Positions 46,016 to 56,043 of a stretch of 64,000 nt of DNA are shown in pieces; the stretch's first letter is position 1; the number at the start of each line of letters is the position of its first letter. The stretch spans positions 64,001-128,000 of the forward strand of contig JAZKFH010000009.1 in NCBI GenBank assembly GCA_040386535.1. Direction: 5' to 3'. The translations under genes were made by a program, and so were the position numbers. The stretch comes from Myxococcota bacterium. GTDB lineage: Bacteria; Myxococcota_A; UBA796; SXON01. The notes beneath the pieces are model-generated. The model had not been told where the DNA came from and did no database searches. It worked only from the letters and a program-made list of their open reading frames with translations.

Positions 46016-48190
46016 TCACTTCCTGAGCAGGAGAAACACGAGGAGGAGGACGAGGATGATCACACCGAGACCGGCCATGACCGCGATGTACGGGTCATTG
46101 CGGAGCTGGTGCCAGACTCGGGACAAGGGGCTCGGCTCGGCGTCCTCGTCGGCGAAGGGGTTCGGCGGCTCCTCCTCGGTGTCGAGGTTGCGGGAGGCGT
46201 TGGCGCCCGGCAGGGCCTCCTGGCTCCAGTCGCGCGCCTTGTAGACGGGCTCGGGGGGCGGGAGCGGGGCCGGGCGCACCGACACGACGGGGCGCGGATC
46301 GTAGGCGCGCTCGGGCGGTGTGTACGCCGCCGGGACGTGGAAGGGCATGCCGACGGCGGGGCCGGAGGGCCCGGGCTCGGGGAGGAGATCCATCTCCTCG
46401 TCGTCGTAGGTGTTCTCGACCTCGACCGGGGCCACGTGCGCGACGGGGAAGGAGTGGCGCCCCGCCCCGCTGATCGGGGCCTCGATCATCGGCGCGGTGC
46501 GGTCGGACGGCGGGATCGGCAGCGGGACCGGCGCCGGGGGGGACTGGACGCCGGACACCGGCACCGCGGTGATCGACGGATCGTCGAACCCGTGGCGATC
46601 GGTGCGCGTGGGCGCGGGGGGCTTGGGGCCGGGCGTGTAGGGGGGCGGCGTGCCGCGGGTGGGGAGGGCCTCGGTGTGCTCGGGCTCGGGGACCGCCGCG
46701 TTGAACGCGGGCGCGCCGACCCGGGGGCCGGACCCGGCGGCCGCGGCATGGCTTGTGGTCAGCGGTGCGCCCGGCAACGCGACGCCGCCGCTGACGATCT
46801 CGGCGCGCGGCGCCTGCTGGGTCACCGTGATGGGATCGGGCCGCAAGGGGAGGGGGCTCGCCACCGGCGGCTCGGCGCGCGGCACCCAGCCGGGCGCGGC
46901 GCGGACGTTGAACTCGGCCTCGGAGGTGACGGGCGGCTGGCCGGAGTCGCGGATCGCGAAGGCGAGGCGCGCGCGGTAGCGGCCGGGGCCGAGCCCGCCG
47001 ACGGTGAACGAGAAGCGGTACCGACCCGAGGGGTGGCGATCGACCGAGTAGCCGAGCGAGAGATCCTTGACGCGCACGTCCCGGTCCAGCTCGAACATGG
47101 CCATGCCGACGCCGATCTCCTCCTGCCCCTCGACCCCGGCCGAGGTGCCGACGGTGGTGGTGAAGGTGATGTCCTCGTCGGTGGTGAACCAGGGCTTGGC
47201 GGCGGTGCGATCGAGCAGCACCTTGCCGACGGAGCTCACCTGCGGGCGGATGAGCTGTTGGATCTCGTCGAGGCGGGCCTGCAGCTCGTCGAGCCGGGGG
47301 AAGCGGTACGGGGGCGAGGGCGTGGTTTCGCGGGAGATGGCGCGCGAGAGCAGCACCGCGACGCGCTCGGCGAGCCGCCCGTGGAAGCGCGGGTTCGAGT
47401 CCTCGAGCTTCATGCGCTCGACGACGTGATCCTTGAGCGCCACCTGCGCGGCCTTGTCGAGGCCGGCGCGCGGCCAGGGAGGCGCGGGCTGGGCGGTGAC
47501 GAGGCCCCGCCACAACATCATCGCGAGGGAGTAGGTGTCGACCCCGGCGCCCCAGCCGTTCCCCACGGATCCGGCCACGAGCGGCGCGTCGGAGAGCTCG
47601 GGCGGGAGGTAGGGCTGGCCGCCGGGCACCACGGAGGCGAGGCGCGCGAAGTTGCGGCGGACACCGACGGTCGCGAGGTCGGAGAGGAAGATCTCCCCCC
47701 GGTCGTTGAACAGGACGTTCGACGGGCGCAAGCCGCCGTGCTGCCCGGGATCCGCGCCGAGCGCGCGCAGGTGCTTCGCGACGCCGAGGAGGACCTCGAT
47801 GAGGGCGCCGGTCGAGAGGCCCTCGGCCATGCGGCGCTCGAGGGTTTCCGGGAAGCGGGGGATGACGATCGCCGGCTGCCCGTCGGGCAGGGTGAAGCGG
47901 CTCTCGATCCGAGGCAGGAAGGGGTGCTGCCCGAGCTCGTAGAGCCGGGCCTGCTCGAGCAGCGCTTCGCGGCAGGCGGCGAAGAACGCGTCAGCGCCGG
48001 GGATCTCGCCGCGGAAGTCCTCGGGGGCGAGCGGCGTCTTGAGGACGAACTGGGCATCGTCCCCGCCGTGCGCATCAGCGGACTGGCGGCGGACGACGTA
48101 GGACTTCCCCCACAGGCCACGTCCGAGGAGCTGGCCGAGCTGGTAGCTGTTGCCCTGCCCGTCGCGGACGTTTTCGCCTGTCTTGATCAA
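46016..48190 (-). CDS. Ser/Thr pseudokinase-domain protein with Pro-rich linker and C-terminal TM anchor
   Basis: GRGLWG, VLK, HGGLRPSN (no catalytic Asp), SDLA, YLPPE and DTYSLAMMLW; terminal hydrophobic helix followed by RK. Confidence 0.78.
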   Translation of the reverse strand: MIKTGENVRDGQGNSYQLGQLLGRGLWGKSYVVRRQSADAHGGDDAQFVLKTPLAPEDFRGEIPGADAFFAACREALLEQARLYELGQHPFLPRIESRFTLPDGQPAIVIPRFPETLERRMAEGLSTGALIEVLLGVAKHLRALGADPGQHGGLRPSNVLFNDRGEIFLSDLATVGVRRNFARLASVVPGGQPYLPPELSDAPLVAGSVGNGWGAGVDTYSLAMMLWRGLVTAQPAPPWPRAGLDKAAQVALKDHVVERMKLEDSNPRFHGRLAERVAVLLSRAISRETTPSPPYRFPRLDELQARLDEIQQLIRPQVSSVGKVLLDRTAAKPWFTTDEDITFTTTVGTSAGVEGQEEIGVGMAMFELDRDVRVKDLSLGYSVDRHPSGRYRFSFTVGGLGPGRYRARLAFAIRDSGQPPVTSEAEFNVRAAPGWVPRAEPPVASPLPLRPDPITVTQQAPRAEIVSGGVALPGAPLTTSHAAAAGSGPRVGAPAFNAAVPEPEHTEALPTRGTPPPYTPGPKPPAPTRTDRHGFDDPSITAVPVSGVQSPPAPVPLPIPPSDRTAPMIEAPISGAGRHSFPVAHVAPVEVENTYDDEEMDLLPEPGPSGPAVGMPFHVPAAYTPPERAYDPRPVVSVRPAPLPPPEPVYKARDWSQEALPGANASRNLDTEEEPPNPFADEDAEPSPLSRVWHQLRNDPYIAVMAGLGVIILVLLLVFLLLRK

Positions 48191-48268
48191 GGTTCGGGGT
48201 CCGGAGTCCGGCTAAGTATCGGTCGCGCCGGGGGCGTGTCAACGCGAGGCGTGCGATAGTCGGGAGCC

Positions 48269-49867
48269 GTGGTCTACCCCCCCGCCGGAAACGGCCCGTA
48301 CCGACTCCTGCGAGGCTTCAACGCGCGAGCCGTGCGCGCCTTCGATACCTCCTGCGCCGAGCCGGAGGCTGCCCAACGGGCGCGGCTCGACGTCCTGCTC
48401 GCCGGGCTGCGGGGAACGGCCTTCGCCGCGGAGCACGGGCTCACCGGCGCCGAGGATCTGGAGGCCTTCCGGGCCCGGGTGCCGATCCGGCCGCACGCGG
48501 AGCTGGTCGGGTGGTTGGACCGCGTGTCCGCCGGCGAGGCCGACGTGCTCACCCGCGCGCCCGTGCGATCGCTCCTGGAGACGAGCGGCACCACGGGCCG
48601 TCCGAAGTGGCTGCCGGTCACCGAGCCATGGGCACGTAGCGTCGCAGACGCGCAGGCGTTGTGGGTGCTCGCGCTGCTCCGCGACGACGAGGGGCTGGCG
48701 AAGGGCAAGGCGCTCTCTGTCGTGAGCCCCGCCGAACACATGCGATCGCCCGGCGGCCTCGCGGTCGGCAGCAACACCGGGCGCATGTTCCAGGCGCAGC
48801 CGTGGTGGGTGCGGTGGCGCGCGCCCGTGCCCTACGCCGTCTACTGCATCGAGGACCCGACACTCCGCGCCTACTGTGTCCTGCGGCATGCGTTGGGCCA
48901 GCCGGTGACGAGCTGGACCACCGCCAACCCGTCGACCCTGCTCCTGTACTGCCGCCGCCTGCGTGACTGGTGGGAGGACCTTCGCGCCGACGGTCACGAC
49001 GGCACGTTGGCCCACGGGCCCGCCGCCGCGCTCCCGCCGAAGGTGCGCGCGTCGCTCGCCAAGGGGCTCGGGCGGGTGCGTCTCGGCGACGATCCTCGGC
49101 CGGCGAAGGTGTGGGATCTGCGCCGCGTGAACTGTTGGATGGGCGGCTCGGCGCCCTTCTTCCTCGCACGCCTGCCCGACGCGCTCGGCGCCGACGTGCC
49201 CGTGCGCGAGGTCGGGGTCACCGCGTCCGAGGGCTTCTTCGCGATCCCGGTGGATGACGACGCCTCGGTGGCGTGGCTCGCCGGGCACCTGCTCGAGTTC
49301 GTCGGGGACGACGGCGTGGCGCGGATGGCGTGGGAGGTCGAGGTGGGGCGGGAGTATCGCCTGGTCGTGAGCACGGAGGCGGGGCTGTACCGCTACGATC
49401 TGGGCGACGTGGTGCGGATCACCGGGTGGTACGGCCGCGCGCCGCGGATGGTGTTCGTCCGCAAGGCGGGCAACGTGCTCAACGCGATGGGAGAGAAGGT
49501 GACCGAGGATCAAGTGGTGGCGGCGGCGCGCGAGGCCTTCGCCGGCGCCGTGGGCGTGTCGGTGAGCATCGGGTGGGGCGAGATCCCGGTGCTCCGCGTG
49601 GCGGTCGAGACCGCCGCATCTTCTGGCGGAGACGCCGCGCTCGCACGCTTCGACACGGCGCTTCGTGCCGCCAACGTGGAGTACGACGGGCGGCGCGCGA
49701 GCGGGCGCATGGGCGGGCCGACCGCGGAGTGGGTGCGGACGGGCGCGTTCGCGGACTGGCGGGACGCGCGTGTGCGCGCGGGCGCGCCGGATGCCCAGGT
49801 GAAGGACCCCATCGTGCTGGACAGCGACAAGTGGGACGCCCTCGTGGGTGCGCGGATGGACACATGA
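48269..49867 (+). CDS. GH3 family acyl-adenylate/amido synthetase
   Basis: TSGTTGRPK, ANPSTL, ASEG and GLYRYDLGDVV...GEKVTE. Confidence 0.9.
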   Translation: MVYPPAGNGPYRLLRGFNARAVRAFDTSCAEPEAAQRARLDVLLAGLRGTAFAAEHGLTGAEDLEAFRARVPIRPHAELVGWLDRVSAGEADVLTRAPVRSLLETSGTTGRPKWLPVTEPWARSVADAQALWVLALLRDDEGLAKGKALSVVSPAEHMRSPGGLAVGSNTGRMFQAQPWWVRWRAPVPYAVYCIEDPTLRAYCVLRHALGQPVTSWTTANPSTLLLYCRRLRDWWEDLRADGHDGTLAHGPAAALPPKVRASLAKGLGRVRLGDDPRPAKVWDLRRVNCWMGGSAPFFLARLPDALGADVPVREVGVTASEGFFAIPVDDDASVAWLAGHLLEFVGDDGVARMAWEVEVGREYRLVVSTEAGLYRYDLGDVVRITGWYGRAPRMVFVRKAGNVLNAMGEKVTEDQVVAAAREAFAGAVGVSVSIGWGEIPVLRVAVETAASSGGDAALARFDTALRAANVEYDGRRASGRMGGPTAEWVRTGAFADWRDARVRAGAPDAQVKDPIVLDSDKWDALVGARMDT

Positions 49868-51039
49868 TGGGCGTGCGCTTCCTCCTCGGCGGCATCGCGC
49901 TGTTCTGGCTCGGCGCCGCGTACAAGACGTGGCGCGGCCAGCGTGAGGGCACGTGGCGCCTCGGCCCCGACGCGCCCGTCCGCGGCGGGCTCCCGCGGCT
50001 CGTGGTGGTCGTGCCCGCCCGCAACGAGGCCAAGGTCATCGGCGCCTGCGTGGCGGCGCTCCGCGCGTCCGACCACCCCGACATCGTGGTGCGGGTGTAC
50101 GACGACGGCTCGACCGACCGCACCGGCGCGATCGCGGCCGCAGCGGGCGCCGAGGTGCTCACCGGTGGCGACGAGCCCCTGCCCGAGGGGTGGAAAGGCA
50201 AACCCTGGGCGCTGGTCCGCGCCACGCGCGACGTGACCGCGGAGTGGATCCTGTTCCTCGACGCCGACGTGCGGGTGCACCCCGCGGCGCTCTCCCGCGC
50301 GCACAGCCGCGCGATGAACGACGGCGTCGATTTTCTCTCGGGGTTCGGGCGGCTGGAGATGGGGAGCTTCTGGGAGAAGGTGATCCAGCCCTCGGTGGGC
50401 GGGCTCATCATCGCGGGCAACGATCTGGACGGCGTCAACGACCCTGCGAAGCCCGAGAAGGTCATCGCCAACGGGCAGTTCATCCTCGTGCGCCGCGCGG
50501 CGTACGAGGCCGTGGGCGGGCACGGCGCGGTGAAGGACGACATCCTCGACGATGTCGGCCTCGCCAAGGCGTTCGTGACCGCGGGGCACACCATCCGCGT
50601 GCTCTTCATGCGCGAGCTGTTCGCGTGCCGCATGTACACGAACCTGCACGAGCTCTGGTTCGGGTGGACCAAGAACCTGTTCGCCGGCATGGGCTACCGT
50701 CGGGACCGCGTGGTGTTTCTCATCGGCGTGCTGCTCATCGAGTTCCTGCTGCCCTACGCGGTCCTCGCCTACGGGCTCGCGACCGGCCACAAAGAGCTGC
50801 TCGCCTGGGGCGTCGGCCTCGTGGGGCTCATCCACCTCGTCCGCGCCTGGCTCGATCGCCTGTTCGGGCAGGACCTGCGCTACGGCCTCCTCCAGCCGCT
50901 CGGCGCCGCCATGTTGATCGGGCTCCTGTACGACTCGTCGCGGCGCTCCCGCACGGGGAAGGTGATCTGGAAGGGGCGCACCTACTCGGCGGCGCGGCCG
51001 CCCGACGCGCCCCCGGCACCGGGGATCACGCCGACGTGA
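49864..51039 (+). CDS. Glycosyltransferase family 2 (CrtQ/CruC/HpnB-like)
   Basis: VPARNE, DDGSTD, PEGWKGKPWA, FLDAD, NGQF, DDVGL and RMY...GWTKN; C-terminal TMs and WKGR. Confidence 0.9.
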   Translation: MMGVRFLLGGIALFWLGAAYKTWRGQREGTWRLGPDAPVRGGLPRLVVVVPARNEAKVIGACVAALRASDHPDIVVRVYDDGSTDRTGAIAAAAGAEVLTGGDEPLPEGWKGKPWALVRATRDVTAEWILFLDADVRVHPAALSRAHSRAMNDGVDFLSGFGRLEMGSFWEKVIQPSVGGLIIAGNDLDGVNDPAKPEKVIANGQFILVRRAAYEAVGGHGAVKDDILDDVGLAKAFVTAGHTIRVLFMRELFACRMYTNLHELWFGWTKNLFAGMGYRRDRVVFLIGVLLIEFLLPYAVLAYGLATGHKELLAWGVGLVGLIHLVRAWLDRLFGQDLRYGLLQPLGAAMLIGLLYDSSRRSRTGKVIWKGRTYSAARPPDAPPAPGITPT

Positions 51040-52415
51040 ACGTGTGGAGGGCCCGCGTCCTGGGCGCCTGCGTGGCGCTGGTCCCCCTGGCCGTCGCGAC
51101 CGCGTGGACGACGTGGTGCCTCGCGCGGGTGGACGCGATCGAGCGCGAGGTGCGGCCGCTCGGCGGGCTCGCGTACGCGACGTTCGTGCAGCTGGCGCAC
51201 GACTGGTCGAGCGGCGTGGGCTGGATCCAGACGGTGCACCGCGGCTACGCGGAGGAGTGGCGGTGGGGCGGGCACTACACGCCGCTGTTCTTCGTCACCG
51301 CGTGGCTCTCCTCGTTCTCCGAGTCGCCCTGGGCGCTCGCGCGCGTGCAGGTCGTGGCCGTGGGCCTCGGGGGCCTCGCGGCGTGGAAGCTGGGGCGCGC
51401 GGAGGCGGGGCTCCCGGGGGGGGGCGTGGGGCTCGCGCTCTACTTCGGGAGCGCGCCCGTCACGCTCCTCGCGCTGGCCGACTACCAGGATCTGGTCCTG
51501 GTGCTGCCGACGCTGCTGCTGGCCGTGTGGGCGGCGCGGCACGCCTCGCCGTTCGGCTTTCTGGCCGCCGCCGCGCTCCTCGGCGCCACCCGGGAGGAGG
51601 CCCTGCTGCTCGTGCCGCTCGTGGGCCTCGCCGGCGGCGTGAACCGTGGGGTGCTCGGCGCGGCCGTCACCGGCGCCTATCTGCTGCTCTACCGCTCGCT
51701 CGGGCCGCCGCCCTACCCCAATCCGCTCGCGGACATCCTGCTCTTCCAGGTCCACCAGGCCCGCAGCTTCGGGGTCCACGCGCTCGGCTCGCTCTCGCCG
51801 AACCTCTACGGCGCGATGTCCGGCGCCGCGTGGCCCTGGCTGGCGCTCGCGCCGGTGACCGCGCTGCCCGCCGTCGCCGTCGCCGCCTTCCATGCCCAGG
51901 ACCCCACGGCCGTCGGCTCCGTGAGCTCGCCCGCCATCCACCACCTCGCGCCGCTCACGGCGGCCGCCATCGCCGCGGGGATCGTGGGCGCGGGCCGCCT
52001 GATGCGGATCGGCCGCGCCGCCGCGCTCGTCACGGTGCTCGCGGTCGCGGCGGTCACCTGGAGCGCGTGGGTGCGCTGGGAGCCGACGTTCGTGCAGCAC
52101 GGGCTCCGCGTGCAGGGCTCGGGCGAACACCCGGCCTGGGGGCTCCTCGTGGACCTCCCGCCCGACGTCGCGGTGCTCGTGCCCGACGACATCGCGCCCG
52201 TGGCGGCGCGGCGCCGGTGGGTGGTGACGCTGGACAGCCTCGGGGACCGGGTGCGGCCCGCGAATGTGCGCTACGCCCTGGACGACGGGAAGCTCGAAGG
52301 CACCGTCCTCGCAGAGCGGGGCGGATGGCGGCTCCTGCGCGATCCGGTGCTGCCGGCGGCGCGGGAGGAGCACGGCACGCCCGGGACGCCGCAGGGCGCG
52401 ATCGGACGCCAGTAG
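51036..52415 (+). CDS. DUF2079-like polytopic membrane protein (GT-C-like)
   Basis: GTGA overlap; GGHYTPL, LARVQ and TREE motifs; multiple TM segments. Confidence 0.62.
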   Translation: MNVWRARVLGACVALVPLAVATAWTTWCLARVDAIEREVRPLGGLAYATFVQLAHDWSSGVGWIQTVHRGYAEEWRWGGHYTPLFFVTAWLSSFSESPWALARVQVVAVGLGGLAAWKLGRAEAGLPGGGVGLALYFGSAPVTLLALADYQDLVLVLPTLLLAVWAARHASPFGFLAAAALLGATREEALLLVPLVGLAGGVNRGVLGAAVTGAYLLLYRSLGPPPYPNPLADILLFQVHQARSFGVHALGSLSPNLYGAMSGAAWPWLALAPVTALPAVAVAAFHAQDPTAVGSVSSPAIHHLAPLTAAAIAAGIVGAGRLMRIGRAAALVTVLAVAAVTWSAWVRWEPTFVQHGLRVQGSGEHPAWGLLVDLPPDVAVLVPDDIAPVAARRRWVVTLDSLGDRVRPANVRYALDDGKLEGTVLAERGGWRLLRDPVLPAAREEHGTPGTPQGAIGRQ

Positions 52416-52449
52416 CGACGCCCGTCGAGCGTGTCGGCCGTCGAGCGCG

Positions 52450-53565
52450 TCAGTCCCCGAGCATCGTCGTGACCGCGCGGCGCGCGGCCTGGAGGTCGTT
52501 GTTGAGGAACACGTGTTCGCTCGTGCCGACGTCGGTGACGGTCATCAGGGTGGGGTAGGTCGGCTGGAGGGCGAGCAGATCGGTGAGCGTCCCGTCCGGT
52601 ACCTGCGGATCGCTGCTCGACCAGGTGACCTGGAGCGAGGAGGTGAGCACGCGCTCCGAGATCCACCGCTGCAGGCTGTACTGGCCGATGTCGTCGCTGC
52701 CGACGCCGTCGGTCTCCTCGGGGAAGATGCGGCGGAGCCCGGTATTGATGGCGCCGAACGCCGCCTCGTCCACGACAAGCGGGTACAGCTTGTCCATCGT
52801 CGAGTCCATGACGATGCCGGCGACGGGGGGCATGTTCGTGTCCCCCGCGTCCCGCACGCGCCGGAGCAGCTCGGCCGACGCGCGCCCACCCTCGCCCAGG
52901 CCCACGAGGTGGATCTTGGTCGCGTCGAGCGGGACGGTCAGCGTGTCGAGCCCGTACCGGGCGCGCCAGTCGGTCGCCTCCACCGGGTCGGTGCTGGCGA
53001 TGCGGGTCATCCACCACGCGAGGAAGCGGCCCTGGCGATGGATCGCGCCGTCGGCATCCCAGTCGTTGGGGCTGTAGTAGTCCTCGTTGTGCCAGAGATC
53101 GCCCCAGCAGTTGGCCGGGTAGAGCGTGAAGGCGCCCGCGTCCGCGAGCACGGCGGGGAGGGTGCCCGCGTTGACCTCGGCCGGATCGATGGCCTCGCCG
53201 GGGAGCAGGCCGAAGGTCTCGAACACCTTGTTGCCTGCCCACTCCGAGGAGAAGCGGCTCTCCTCCTGGTAGTGGGGCCCGCCGAGCGGATCGACGGGAT
53301 CGGGCGAGTTGACGTAGTCGAACGCGCCCGCGTGGAAGAACAACACGATCGGCGCCGGCTCGGTCAGGCCCTCGCGGTAGACCGCGTAGAACACCGACGG
53401 CTCGCCGTCGGGGCAGAGCAGGTCGTCGAAGCTGAACGGCCGCAGCACGATGTCGTCGGACTGGGTGTAGTCGTTCTCGAACGGGAGGGTCTCGAACTCG
53501 AGCGGCTCACCCTGCGGGCTGAAGCAGCCGGCAAGGACGACGAGGAAAAGGGCGGGCACGCGCAA
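52450..53565 (-). CDS. Lipoprotein with alpha/beta-hydrolase-like fold
   Basis: LAGC lipobox; IVLFFHAGAF, NCWGDLW and IHLVGLGEGG (nucleophile elbow lacking Ser). Confidence 0.6.
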   Translation of the reverse strand: MRVPALFLVVLAGCFSPQGEPLEFETLPFENDYTQSDDIVLRPFSFDDLLCPDGEPSVFYAVYREGLTEPAPIVLFFHAGAFDYVNSPDPVDPLGGPHYQEESRFSSEWAGNKVFETFGLLPGEAIDPAEVNAGTLPAVLADAGAFTLYPANCWGDLWHNEDYYSPNDWDADGAIHRQGRFLAWWMTRIASTDPVEATDWRARYGLDTLTVPLDATKIHLVGLGEGGRASAELLRRVRDAGDTNMPPVAGIVMDSTMDKLYPLVVDEAAFGAINTGLRRIFPEETDGVGSDDIGQYSLQRWISERVLTSSLQVTWSSSDPQVPDGTLTDLLALQPTYPTLMTVTDVGTSEHVFLNNDLQAARRAVTTMLGD

Positions 53566-53587
53566 CGGACCTCCACGACACGCGGCA

Positions 53588-54277
53588 CTATACCTCCTGC
53601 ACGCACCGGAAACCGCACGGTTCCTCGCCCGCGGTCGCGCTCACCAGCCCCGGGGTACCGCCGAGGAGCCCGCCTTCGCTGGTCCATTGATGCAACCAAC
53701 ACCCGAGCTCGAAGAAGCCCGCGGGTGTGGGCGGAAACATCCCCACCTCGGGGATCTCGCCGAAGCGCGGCGCGCTCGCACGGCCCGCGAGGGGATCGGG
53801 GCGGTCGCCCCAGGGATAGCGCGCGCGGCCCCACGCGCCCCGGTAGTCCTCCGCGTCGGGGAGGCGCTTGCCGACGGCGCGGGCGTACCCGGCGGCCTCC
53901 TCGAACGAGATCGCGGTGCGCGGAAGCCAGGGATCGAGCCCGGGCGGCACGGACTCGCCCCGGTGGCGCGCCCAGCGGCCCCAGGTGACCGGGAACACGT
54001 CCAGCAGCCGGCCGGGGTGCCCCGGCACGCGCGCCATGAGCGGGTGCTGGCCGTCGGGGTTCACAAGCCCGATCTCGTCGTCGCCGCCGAGCAGATCGGC
54101 GTGGGGGGCCTCGATGCGGAGGGTGACCTCGCTGGAGACGACACGCCCCCGGGTGTCGAGCGCGACACGCGCCGACAGGAGCCGCCAGGTGGCCTCCATG
54201 GGAGAGCGGTTGGTCGTCGCGAGTGCGCGGGTGATCGCGTGGCGGACGTGGATTCCGGCCGCGTGGATCACGGACAT
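53588..54277 (-). CDS. FGE-sulfatase (SUMF1)-like domain protein, divergent
   Basis: AGGAGGT RBS; DVFPVT, ISFEEAAGYA...GKRLP, YPWG, VGMFPPTPAG and GFRC. Confidence 0.72.
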   Translation of the reverse strand: MSVIHAAGIHVRHAITRALATTNRSPMEATWRLLSARVALDTRGRVVSSEVTLRIEAPHADLLGGDDEIGLVNPDGQHPLMARVPGHPGRLLDVFPVTWGRWARHRGESVPPGLDPWLPRTAISFEEAAGYARAVGKRLPDAEDYRGAWGRARYPWGDRPDPLAGRASAPRFGEIPEVGMFPPTPAGFFELGCWLHQWTSEGGLLGGTPGLVSATAGEEPCGFRCVQEV

Positions 54278-54392
54278 CGAACCTCCTGGGGACGGTGGGG
54301 GCGCACGTTTCCCGTGCGCATCGGCGCTCTCCAAACAGTAGGCACCAGCGCGCCGATCTCTTCCGTCCCGCGGTATACCTCCCGCGGCGGAG

Positions 54393-54881
54393 GTGCAGGT
54401 GCGCTGGCGTTGGGTGGATCGGATCGACGACATGGAGCTCGGGACGAGCGCGCGCGGCCGGGTGACCTTCCCTGCCGACAGCTTCTTCTTCGCCGATCAC
54501 TTCCCCGGATTTCCGGTGGTGCCCGGCGTCATCCTGCTCGAGGCGATGGCGCAGCTCTCGGGCAAGCTCATTGGGTACACCGTGCGCAAGGAGCGGGGCG
54601 ACTGGCCGTTTCCCATCATCACGATGGCGAACGCGGTCAAGTTCCGTCGCTTCGTCCGCCCGGAAGAAGAGGTGGAGCTCGAGAGCCGGGTGGTGGAGCT
54701 CCGCGACGAGAGCGCCATCATGTTCGTGCGCGCGAAGGTGGACGGGAAGGTGGTCGCCCAGGCGGAGGAGATCTTCGTGTTCAACGCGGTGCGGCTCGAG
54801 TCCGAGGCGGAGTCGGCGCGGCTCGAGGCGCTCGAACGCGCCGAGCTCGTGCGGCTCTGGCCCGGGTACCCTGGTGATTGA
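54393..54881 (+). CDS. 3-hydroxyacyl-ACP dehydratase (FabZ-like)
   Basis: WVDRI, DHFPGFPVVPGVILLEAMAQ and VKFRRFVRP. Confidence 0.9.
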   Translation: MQVRWRWVDRIDDMELGTSARGRVTFPADSFFFADHFPGFPVVPGVILLEAMAQLSGKLIGYTVRKERGDWPFPIITMANAVKFRRFVRPEEEVELESRVVELRDESAIMFVRAKVDGKVVAQAEEIFVFNAVRLESEAESARLEALERAELVRLWPGYPGD

Positions 54882-56043
54882 CCGCCGCGTCGTGGTGACC
54901 GGCATCGGCGTCGTCACGCCTCTCGGCATCGGCGCCGAGGTCACGTGGCAGGCCTTGCTGGACGGGCAGAACGGAGTCGGCCCCATCCGCCGCTTCGATC
55001 CCACCGGCTTTCCCGTAGGGTTCGCGGCCGAGGCCCCCTTGCCGGGCAGCGGCGCGGCGCTCAAGGCGCGGCTGGTCGAGCTGGCCCTGGGCGAGGCCCT
55101 CGGGCAGTCCGGGATCCGCGGGGGCCCGCGCCTCGGCGTGTGCGTCGGGAGCGAGGCCGCGCGGCCCCCCATCGAGTGGCTCGGCCGCGCCGACGTAGGC
55201 GTCGCCGAGGTGTCCAGCCTCGCGCCGGACGCGCCGACGCGCCAGGCCGCCGAGATGGCGGGGTGCGGGGGCCCGCGGAGCACGGTGTCGACCGCGTGTA
55301 CGTCGTCGAGCCAGGCGATCGGCGAGGCGCTGCTGCGCATCCGCCGCGGCGAGGTGGACGCGATGATCGCCGGCGGGGTCGACGCGCTCTCCGAGCCCCT
55401 GATGGTCGTCGGCTTCGCCAAGCTCGGCGCGCTCTCCACGCGCAACGAGGATCCGGCCCACGCGAGCCGGCCCTTCGATCTGCATCGGGACGGCTTCGTG
55501 CTCGGCGAGGGCGCCGGGTTCCTGGTGCTCGAGTCCGCCGACCATGCCCGCGCCCGCGGGGCCCACGTCCTCGCCACGATCGACGGCTGGGGCTGCTCGT
55601 GCAACGCGTGGCGCATCACGGACTCCCCGCCGGACGGGCGGGGTGCCGCCCAGGCGATGCGCGCCGCGCTCGCGGACGCGGGGTTGACCCCCGAGCAGGT
55701 CGGCTACATCAACGCGCACGGCACCTCCACCCCGCAGAACGATCTGTCCGAGAGCCGCGCCATCCGCTCGGTGTTCGGCGGCATCCCGGTGCCGGTGAGC
55801 AGCACCAAGGGCCACATGGGGCACCTCGTGGCCGCGTGCGGCGCGGTCGAGGCGATCCTGTGCGTCCAGGCGCTGCGGGACGGCTGGTTGCCCCCCACGC
55901 GCAACCTCGAAGAGCCCGATCCCGACTGCGACCTGGCGCACATCCGCGGCACGCCGATGCGCTCGCGCGCCCGGTACGCGCTCACCAACGCGTTCGGCTT
56001 CGGCGGCAGCAACGGCAGCGTGCTGCTCGGGGAAGCGACGTGA
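54874..56043 (+). CDS. Beta-ketoacyl-ACP synthase (FabF-like) KS1
   Basis: RRVVVTGIG, STACTSS (Cys), NAHGTST, KGHMGH and NAFGFGG. Confidence 0.92.
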   Translation: MIDRRVVVTGIGVVTPLGIGAEVTWQALLDGQNGVGPIRRFDPTGFPVGFAAEAPLPGSGAALKARLVELALGEALGQSGIRGGPRLGVCVGSEAARPPIEWLGRADVGVAEVSSLAPDAPTRQAAEMAGCGGPRSTVSTACTSSSQAIGEALLRIRRGEVDAMIAGGVDALSEPLMVVGFAKLGALSTRNEDPAHASRPFDLHRDGFVLGEGAGFLVLESADHARARGAHVLATIDGWGCSCNAWRITDSPPDGRGAAQAMRAALADAGLTPEQVGYINAHGTSTPQNDLSESRAIRSVFGGIPVPVSSTKGHMGHLVAACGAVEAILCVQALRDGWLPPTRNLEEPDPDCDLAHIRGTPMRSRARYALTNAFGFGGSNGSVLLGEAT

